Assembly (NCBI GenBank): GCA_003345595.1
Contig: PRDI01000088.1
Coordinates: 1 to 22,670, forward strand
Source of the DNA: Candidatus Thorarchaeota archaeon
GTDB taxonomy: Archaea > Asgardarchaeota > Thorarchaeia > Thorarchaeales > Thorarchaeaceae
Direction: 5' to 3'
DNA length: 22,670 nt
In this document: positions 16,618-22,670 of the stretch, piece after piece
Layout: every line of letters starts with the position of its first letter
How positions within the stretch are numbered: position 1 is the stretch's first letter
Notes under the pieces: generated by a model
The model's database searches: none
What the model saw: the letters and a program-made list of their open reading frames with translations, nothing else
What the model was told of the DNA's origin: nothing
Position numbers and translations under genes: made by a program

Positions 16618-18204
16618 CTACTGAATCCTCGCATAGCCCTTCTTGATGATTGTATCTACTGCCTCATTCGACTGATTCGGATAGTCCTTGTTGAAGTGCG
16701 CTCCTCGACTCTCTCGCCGCATTCTCGCGCATCTTATTATAAGCTCGGCCACAGCCGCGATGTTACGAAGCTCGATGAGGTCAGGAGTGATTCTGAAGTC
16801 CCAGTAGAACTGTTCAATTTCCTTTGAGATAAATTCTATCCTGTTCCTAGCACGCGTGAGCCTTTTGTTGGAACGGACAATCCCAACATAGTTTTGCATG
16901 ACGCGCCTTACCTCGTCCCACATGTGTGTAATCACGACTAACTCATCAGGATCAGCGGCTTGTCCGGGATCCCAAGGCGGAATATCTGTGTCAAGACTCT
17001 GCTTGGCTACGAACTCTGATGCCGCTAGTGAGGCATTATGAGCCAGCACTGCACCCTCAAGCAATGAGTTCGAGGCCAACCTGTTGGCTCCATGGAAGCC
17101 TGTGCCAGCAGTCTCTCCGATTGCGAAAAGGCCATCGACATCTGAACGACCTTTCATGTCAACACGCACGCCCCCGCATAGGTAGTGTGCTGCAGGGACA
17201 ACCGGTATCGGCTCCTTGGTCATGTCGATGCCTGCCTTCAAGCAGGTTTCATATATTGCAGGAAAACGGTTCTTGATGAACTCGGCATCTTTGAAGGAGA
17301 TGTCAAGAAGTACAAACTCAGCACCTGTGCGCTTGAGCTCATTGTCTATTGCACGTGTGACCACGTCGCGCGGCGCCAGCTCGGCATCAGGATGATATCT
17401 CGGCATGAATCGCTTGCCGTCAAGGCCTAGGAGAACTGCACCCTCACCCCTGAGAGCCTCAGTGATGAGGAATGATCTGATCTTGGGATGGTACAGAAGC
17501 GTTGGATGAAACTGGATGAATTCCATATTCGTTATCGTAGCACCTGCTCTATACGCCATGGCCACGCCGTCCCCTGTGGCGGTGTCAGGGTTACTTGTAT
17601 ACAGAAACACCTTACCTGCTCCGCCAGTCGCCAAGACAGTAGCTTTGGCTGCAAACCTCCGAATGCGGCCAGACTTGACGTCCAACACGTACGCCCCTAT
17701 AACGCGGTCATTGCTGACCACCAAGTTCACGGCCATGTGCTGCTCGAATATAGTGATTCGCGAATCTTCACGCACTCTTCTTGCGAGAGCATCTTCAATG
17801 TCCTGTCCAGTGTGATCCTTCACGTGCAGAATTCTGCGGTTGCTGTGACCGCCTTCCAGAGCCAGCTCATATTCTGCCTTTTCTGAGTCCTTGTCGAACC
17901 GTACGCCCAGCTTGACAATCTCGGAGATTCTGGCAGGGCCTGCTTTGACAAAGGCTTCCACAACGTCGCGATGACAAATGCCAGCTCCCGCACGTAACGT
18001 GTCTTCAATGTGCTTCTCGAACAAGTCTTCAGATGATGTGACAGCCGCAATGCCACCTTGAGCAAGGAAGGTGGCCGAGTCAGTCAAAGAACGCTTCGTG
18101 ATCAGGTTCAAAGTACCATGCCTTGAGGCCTTCAACGAGAATAGCAGGCCCGAAATCCCACTGCCAATGACAAGAAAATCAGACGATTGCAGATCATTAT
18201 CCAA
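16618..18204 (-). CDS. nadB: L-aspartate oxidase
   Basis: Motifs VIGSGISG (FAD), AQGGIAA, LEGGHSNRRILH, LATGG, NMEFIQFHPT, LITEALRGEGA, ELAPRDVV, PAAHYLCGG, GFHGANRLASNSLLE and RRESRGAH. Probable TTG start at 18204, 9 nt after AGGAGG. Confidence 0.96.
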   Translation of the reverse strand: MDNDLQSSDFLVIGSGISGLLFSLKASRHGTLNLITKRSLTDSATFLAQGGIAAVTSSEDLFEKHIEDTLRAGAGICHRDVVEAFVKAGPARISEIVKLGVRFDKDSEKAEYELALEGGHSNRRILHVKDHTGQDIEDALARRVREDSRITIFEQHMAVNLVVSNDRVIGAYVLDVKSGRIRRFAAKATVLATGGAGKVFLYTSNPDTATGDGVAMAYRAGATITNMEFIQFHPTLLYHPKIRSFLITEALRGEGAVLLGLDGKRFMPRYHPDAELAPRDVVTRAIDNELKRTGAEFVLLDISFKDAEFIKNRFPAIYETCLKAGIDMTKEPIPVVPAAHYLCGGVRVDMKGRSDVDGLFAIGETAGTGFHGANRLASNSLLEGAVLAHNASLAASEFVAKQSLDTDIPPWDPGQAADPDELVVITHMWDEVRRVMQNYVGIVRSNKRLTRARNRIEFISKEIEQFYWDFRITPDLIELRNIAAVAELIIRCARMRRESRGAHFNKDYPNQSNEAVDTIIKKGYARIQ

Positions 18205-18282
18205 CTTTAGTACCCTCCTGAACCCTGAAGGTTTCTGCCACTCAGAGGCCTGTGGACGAATAGGACACAATCAAAGGTCCAC

Positions 18283-18624
18283 CGGCGCCTTCTAGGTTGA
18301 TCACGGTGGCACATAGCGACAGCTCTCAAATGGGAAGATGTGAAGAATGTAAGGATGTCGGTGCATCTGAACAGAGATATCCACACTGCATGCTTAGGCA
18401 TTTGATGTCTTAGATCCCTCTGCCGTTTCCGCCCGTTTACATGTGTTCGAAGCCGCGAAAAGCGCATATTCGCGCCGACCCAGTTTTGGGGTAAGACATC
18501 AGCCCTCTTGTGTCCCAGCTGTCGCCTCTTGGATACCTTGGGTCGTCGGACATTGCACCACACTGACGACGAACAGCAGACCCATCAAGGCAGATGTCTG
18601 TATCTAGGTATGGGTGAGGCGCCG
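18283..18624 (+). ncRNA. Candidate structured non-coding RNA (unclassified, ~340 nt)
   Basis: Mutually compatible nested helices: 18283-18290/18617-18624, 18292-18297/18602-18607, 18316-18324/18517-18525, 18403-18412/18492-18501, 18454-18459/18469-18474, 18542-18549/18563-18570 and 18576-18581/18596-18601. G-U pairs favour the + strand. Confidence 0.3.
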
Positions 18625-18650
18625 CAATTGGGGCAAACGGAACGAATTCG

Positions 18651-19163
18651 CTATACGGAAGGCAACCTCCGCAGATAATGAGGCGGAGTACTAGCGACGG
18701 AAGCCTCCTCGAACATCGACGCCACTCTCTTTCCGAGCACACCGTCGATGACTGCCATCAACAAGAACTGCACGACTGTATAGACAGCGTACACTTGCAG
18801 GCTACTGGAGCTGAAGAAGGTATTAATGAAACTCCACGGTATCTGCACGATGATCAGTCCAGTGAGAAGGAGCAATCCATGGCCAAGAAGGCTTGTCCAC
18901 GCTCCTTTGGCAGTGATACCCCAAATATACCCGGCAATAGTCTTGTTCGCCCACCCGACTCCCATGATGATTATTAGACCACCCAGGACAAGCCCAATGA
19001 TAGATCCAATCAGCACTAGGAATAGGAGAACAAAAGCCCAGACAATCACAAACCCGGTCATCAGCAATGAATACGTTGCTCCGTGTAGGAAGTACTTGCC
19101 CACCGTCTTGAGAGCCGAATCCTGTTGATTCTGAACCCCGGGAGAAGACACGTCAATTGCCAT
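18651..19163 (-). CDS. Hypothetical integral membrane protein (about 4 TM helices)
   Basis: ATG 19163 follows a GGAGAGGGAGAG purine tract. A TATA-like CTTAAG lies at about 19216-19221. Four long hydrophobic segments; no recognisable motif. Confidence 0.8.
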   Translation of the reverse strand: MAIDVSSPGVQNQQDSALKTVGKYFLHGATYSLLMTGFVIVWAFVLLFLVLIGSIIGLVLGGLIIIMGVGWANKTIAGYIWGITAKGAWTSLLGHGLLLLTGLIIVQIPWSFINTFFSSSSLQVYAVYTVVQFLLMAVIDGVLGKRVASMFEEASVASTPPHYLRRLPSV

Positions 19164-19503
19164 ACACTCTCCCTCTCCGCAACCACACAACCATGGATTC
19201 CGAAACCCGCAAGAGCTTAAGCACTTTCCGCTTCCTGTAAGGCCGCTCTGGCACTGAGGGTGCACATCGGCTTCTCTTCAGAAGGAATTGGTCGTTCCGG
19301 TGTCAAAGATAAGGGAGAGCGAAAGTCGAACTATGGACATTCTGCGTATTTACATGTGACGGGCTTACCTCTTCTCAGCAAATCTGCTGGACTGGTCGAG
19401 TATACTGAACCATGCATCGGGCCAACCAAGGCTTTGGCTCGCCCGCTGTCCACGGGACAATCGTCCGTCGACTTCTGCAAGGGCTTTCTAAACCGTTCAT
19501 TGT

Positions 19504-19659
19504 AAGTTGGACAGAGTTGGACACAGGAGTCTTTGCCCTCCCAGAAACGGCACTGGGGTCGTACTCCTTGGGGCTGGAATGTGTCGAGCCAGCCTCAAAG
19601 AGACGTCTGATTCGAGCTATTCAAGCCCCTACTCGAAAATGTCCAGGATTGTCCAACTT
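19504..19659 (+). other. Inverted-repeat-bounded structured element (candidate ncRNA or MITE-like element)
   Basis: 20-nt imperfect terminal inverted repeat: AAGTTGGACAGAGTTGGACA versus the reverse complement of TGTCCAGGATTGTCCAACTT (16/20). It encloses two internal hairpins, 19525-19568 and 19570-19629. Confidence 0.4.
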
Positions 19660-19884
19660 CTACGCAGCTGCTGCATACCCTTGAAACATATGTCGCTTGG
19701 AAACTCGGGGCGGCAAAAGCGGGCTTGAAACACTGCCCCCGGCCACATGTCCAACGTTAGAAGATCACCATCCAGAGTGCACCTTCCCAGTCACAAACCG
19801 GTCAGGACCTGTCGCTCCCTCTGACTAGAAAGACATAATCGGGGCCTCGCCTTCGGTTACTGGCAGTCGCCTTGAGCGACGGAT

Positions 19885-20604
19885 ATGGACGGGCATGCAG
19901 TGAAGACCTGCGTCGAATGTGAGGCTCTTGGCAGAACAAACCCACAGCAGACATTGTATCCTTGCGGGCTCTGTAGTCAGGCAAGGTGCGAGAGTCACAG
20001 CATATGGGTTGCTGCACACGAACTGGAGCAACCCAGTCAGACTTCTAGGTTGGCCCGGAGCCTTGTGACAGAGCACTCAGAACAGGACCCATGGTACACC
20101 TTCTGCGGACGCATGTCACACATCCCGGAGGGTGTTTCTATCAGATACGGGGAGGGAAGGATGGCTGGAAGAATAGTTGAGGAGGTTCCCGAGGACAGAC
20201 GCAAGCCCGGGCTCAATGCGTTTAGCAGATGGCAGGTCGGAATCATCGAAGGAGGCTACGAGAAACGCTGGGCCGTGCAGCACTTCGCACCAGCATGCGC
20301 TCTTGCACAACTCATGACGCTCGTAGCCGGCTTCAGTCAAGGTGAGAACCCGCCTCAGAAGCATTTGAGAAGACTCTATGACTCAGGTATTGGGCCGACC
20401 GCTGCAAAGAGGCCCATACTCTTCCAAACGACCTTCAAGGACTTCGAGGCACGAGCCGGCAAGACTGAGGACTGGTCGGAAACCATCAAGTACATCTGTT
20501 CGAGATGTGGTGTCGTGGTCTGCCTGAACCGACAGTCCCTCTTCTATGACACAGGCACGTTCGCGAAACTGGCGAAGAAGCCCGAAACGGTTCTGCGTAT
20601 GTGA
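19885..20604 (+). CDS. Hypothetical Cys/His-rich multi-zinc-finger protein
   Basis: N-terminal CVEC-x12-CGLC-x4-CESH, a further FCGRMSH, and a C-terminal CSRCGVVVC. 239-aa ORF with protein-like composition. Confidence 0.75.
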   Translation: MDGHAVKTCVECEALGRTNPQQTLYPCGLCSQARCESHSIWVAAHELEQPSQTSRLARSLVTEHSEQDPWYTFCGRMSHIPEGVSIRYGEGRMAGRIVEEVPEDRRKPGLNAFSRWQVGIIEGGYEKRWAVQHFAPACALAQLMTLVAGFSQGENPPQKHLRRLYDSGIGPTAAKRPILFQTTFKDFEARAGKTEDWSETIKYICSRCGVVVCLNRQSLFYDTGTFAKLAKKPETVLRM

Positions 20605-20691
20605 GAAGAGAATCATGACGGCCGAAGATGTCTGGCTCTGAATTCTCCTATGACTACGAACTCAATCGCGAAGTTAGACAGCTGGGCCGGT

Positions 20692-21360
20692 TCAGCCAAT
20701 CGAGGTCCCACAGTATGTGCAGGTTGCGAGCTTGCCCTTCCTGACCCGCTCCGCTTCTGCTGGTGGTAACTTGGCGGCGCACATTGGGCACAGCCAGATT
20801 TTCATGTCCTTGGTAGGCGGGCTGCTAGAATCGCCGCCTATGTCAGCCAATGCCTTTTCAGCCCATGAGGCGAAATTGGACTGATCGATGGCGTGAAAGT
20901 CGGAAGCAGCGGCTTTCAGAAGAGTCTGAGCATCTGCAATCCGTCCCGTACCCCTGTATGCCGTGGCGAGGCCAAGGGCGTTCCACGCTGTGTACCACTT
21001 GCTGGCCGCCTTCTTCCCTAGGTCTAGACCTGCTTGGAATGCACCTACAGCCAACGGATAGTCCATCTTCCGCAGTGCCATTTGGCCAAACCCCCACTGG
21101 GCTGCAGACTGGTACAACGGACTTGCGGTTCCCACAGCGTCCCTTCTCAGCTCCTCATAGAGCTTGCCAGCCCTCGAAAAGTCCCGGGCGTTCAGAGCAC
21201 AGTCAGCCATAACGCGTAGAGCCTCAATCGCTCTCTCATTCTGACCTCTCTTCAGGAAGAGTTTCCTTGCTTCCTCTGCCTTCTTGAGCCCTTTGTCGAA
21301 CTTTGAGGCACTGTGCATCTGCACCGCCTCCTGTAATAGTTGCTCTGGATCGGTTGGCAT
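20692..21360 (-). CDS. Tetratricopeptide-repeat protein with C-terminal zinc ribbon
   Basis: About 4 helical repeats of ~40 aa (ALRVMADCALNARDFSRAGKLY; AQWGFGQMALRKMDYPLAVGAF; NALGLATAYRGTGRIADAQTLL), then WLCPMC-x17-CTYCG. Confidence 0.85.
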   Translation of the reverse strand: MPTDPEQLLQEAVQMHSASKFDKGLKKAEEARKLFLKRGQNERAIEALRVMADCALNARDFSRAGKLYEELRRDAVGTASPLYQSAAQWGFGQMALRKMDYPLAVGAFQAGLDLGKKAASKWYTAWNALGLATAYRGTGRIADAQTLLKAAASDFHAIDQSNFASWAEKALADIGGDSSSPPTKDMKIWLCPMCAAKLPPAEAERVRKGKLATCTYCGTSIG

Positions 21361-21382
21361 GAGCAGTCACTTGGCCTACTCC

Positions 21383-21390
21383 GATATAAG
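21383..21390 (-). promoter_or_regulatory. Putative TATA box for the TPR gene (leaderless transcript geometry)
   Basis: CTTATATC on the minus strand, about 23-30 nt upstream of ATG 21360; no RBS evident. Confidence 0.4.
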
Positions 21391-21448
21391 CCAGTTGCCA
21401 TTAGGCCTCCGATAACGTGATCTCTCAAAAACGGTCACAATCTCGAAC

Positions 21449-22669
21449 TCATCGGTGGAAAGTGAGAACCACACTCTCCCAGAGCGGCACGATTCGGAGG
21501 TGCGGCTGTTCCATGCTGCCGAACCGGCTGACGATGCTGCCTCCATACACCTTTACCATTGACAACGCACGAGTAGTTGGCAGATACACCTCAAGCTCCC
21601 GAGGCAGAGCCTCGGTCCAAACCTCGATCTGATGCTGGTTGGTCGATGTGCCAAGCTCCACGCGGACTCTGCCACCCGCCACAGGCGCATTGGCCAAGGT
21701 GAGCTCGTTGCCTGAAGTGTACCAATCATCCGGAATCGCAGGCACAACAATGAGGTCTTCGCCATCCTCAATCACAATCATGTCTCTGAGCAGGAGAAGC
21801 AAGTCTGAGGCCGCAACAACGCTGAGGCCGCTCCCACGTGTGCCTTGGCCCGTCTTCAGATCAGCCCAGTCTGGTAGCCCGTAGTACTCAGACAATAGCT
21901 TCTGGGCCGCGTGAATCGCCGATTCGACTGCCGCGCGATTCCGACGCGTCACCTGATAGTGTGCTACCCGGAGAGCAAGATGACTTGAAAGCTCCTCAGG
22001 TCGTCCCGGGAGCCGCAGCGCTCCCTTCGTGAGATACCTATTCACGAATGTGCTGGCTACACGGTCCAGATAACTGGGGTCAATCTCGGACGTCTGAAGA
22101 AGTGCCACTGTACCAAGAAGAGAAACTGCATCCAGAATGTCCTGTTCTGCAGGTGCTTCCTTGGCCCGGGCATCGAACTCCGCTGACTGTTCCCTAGAGC
22201 AATCCATGATGAATGCTGCAAACTTGCGAGCGGTTTCGGCAATTGCCTGCACTTGTGAGTCCTCCCCGAGTCGGTGATATGCTACCATTGCAGACTGGAG
22301 GAAAGCAAGAGCCCAAGCAGCATCCACAAAGTCCGAAAATGATGCGAGCCTGAGTTGAGGAGCCTGCGGGGGAAGAACGTCCGACACGGGGCTTTCCGCC
22401 TTGCCTGCGTCACTGCCTACCACATCAGTGTTTGGCGGCGACGACTGTGGCGCTGTCTGGGTTTCGACTTGCTCACTCCCCTGCTCGGCAGTCCGGTAGG
22501 CTGCGGATACTTCTGCTACAGCGTTCAGCCGAAGGTATCTGTCGACACTCTTCATAGTGTCTAAGACTACCCTGTCGATCATGGGGCGAATCTCCGTCAG
22601 GAAAGCGCCATCGCGTGAGTACCGAGAAGCCTGTAGCATGCTCCATGTGACAGGAGCAACCTCAGACAG
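21449..22669 (-). CDS. C-terminal part of a six-hairpin-glycosidase-like protein (helical barrel plus C-terminal beta-domain); 5'-truncated
   Basis: The frame stays open to the window edge (LSEVAPVTWSMLQ...). A helical region is followed by LLLRDMIVIEDGEDLIVVPAIPDDW...LANAPVAGGRV, the LxLLPAxPxxW...PT.FG.V type junction seen after (alpha/alpha)6 barrels (GH65/GH95/GH78-like). Confidence 0.6.
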   Translation of the reverse strand: MSEVAPVTWSMLQASRYSRDGAFLTEIRPMIDRVVLDTMKSVDRYLRLNAVAEVSAAYRTAEQGSEQVETQTAPQSSPPNTDVVGSDAGKAESPVSDVLPPQAPQLRLASFSDFVDAAWALAFLQSAMVAYHRLGEDSQVQAIAETARKFAAFIMDCSREQSAEFDARAKEAPAEQDILDAVSLLGTVALLQTSEIDPSYLDRVASTFVNRYLTKGALRLPGRPEELSSHLALRVAHYQVTRRNRAAVESAIHAAQKLLSEYYGLPDWADLKTGQGTRGSGLSVVAASDLLLLLRDMIVIEDGEDLIVVPAIPDDWYTSGNELTLANAPVAGGRVRVELGTSTNQHQIEVWTEALPRELEVYLPTTRALSMVKVYGGSIVSRFGSMEQPHLRIVPLWESVVLTFHR

Positions 22670-22670
22670 T

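Noticed and set aside
18205-18270. N-terminal extension of NadB from 18270
   Set aside because: AGGAGG at 18214-18219 points to TTG 18204, just before the FAD-binding motif.
18283-18624. Identification as archaeal SRP (7S) RNA or RNase P RNA on the basis of size and paired ends
   Set aside because: No SRP helix-8 motif (CAGG..GGAA..AGCA) and no RNase P CR-I/CR-V (GAGGAAAGUCC / ACAGAA...GGCUUA) on either strand.
18563-18645. CTGACGA matching the hammerhead ribozyme CUGANGA core
   Set aside because: No properly placed GAAA after a stem II and no NUH cleavage geometry. The motif is better explained as one arm of a hairpin.
19164-19265. Cys-rich N-terminal extension of the 4-TM protein (apparent metal-binding domain)
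   Set aside because: The segment contains the TATA-like box and purine-rich RBS, so it is promoter/UTR read in frame. ATG 19163 is the better start.
19260-19728. Three overlapping + strand ORFs of 73-90 aa
   Set aside because: No motifs, weak starts, mutually overlapping, and coincident with the inverted-repeat structure.
19680-19732. CTTGAAACA repeated at 19680 and 19724 (plus CTTGGAAAC at 19696), resembling CRISPR repeat 3' ends
   Set aside because: Only 9 bp shared, a 44-nt period that is too short for repeat plus spacer, two copies only, and no cas genes.
1-22670. Selenocysteine/pyrrolysine read-through, tRNAs, transposases, inteins
   Set aside because: Recognised proteins end at family-appropriate positions with no internal TGA/TAG. 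No T-arm/cloverleaf, DDE/HUH transposase or intein splice motifs were seen by eye. tRNAscan-SE and SECIS searches would be needed for certainty.

Overview
A gene-dense archaeal chromosomal window, roughly 50-55% GC by eye. It has TATA-like boxes and GGAGG/GGTGA ribosome-binding sites. It is most likely from an Asgard archaeon, Thorarchaeia-like. That call is an inference from a gelsolin-domain protein, a C-terminally anchored NosD/CASH beta-helix surface protein and several Zn-ribbon orphans. Left part, in order: a NitT/TauT-family ABC importer whose ATPase gene is convergent with the permease and binding-protein genes, a divergent Alba/SpoVS-fold protein, a Zn-finger membrane protein, the beta-helix surface protein, and a complete four-subunit pyruvate:ferredoxin oxidoreductase operon (gamma-delta-alpha-beta). 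Middle part: a 43-aa four-Cys microprotein, a stand-alone Lrp/AsnC ligand-binding domain, a gelsolin-domain + polyproline + unknown-domain protein, a GNAT acetyltransferase, and a galT-galK-GH38 sugar salvage cluster with an atypical GalK substrate motif. Right part: an orphan SPPY methyltransferase behind nadB, a 4-TM protein flanked by two long non-coding regions that each fold into nested helices, a multi-Zn-finger orphan, a TPR-Zn-ribbon protein, and the 3' part of a six-hairpin-glycosidase-like gene. Highlights are the gelsolin-polyproline protein (candidate actin/profilin regulator), two candidate structured RNAs or elements, apparent ATT (AUU) start codons at two genes, and the GalK(E/N swap)-GalT-GH38 module. 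I recognised no tRNA, rRNA, CRISPR array or transposase. All family calls come from motif recognition by eye, not from database searches.
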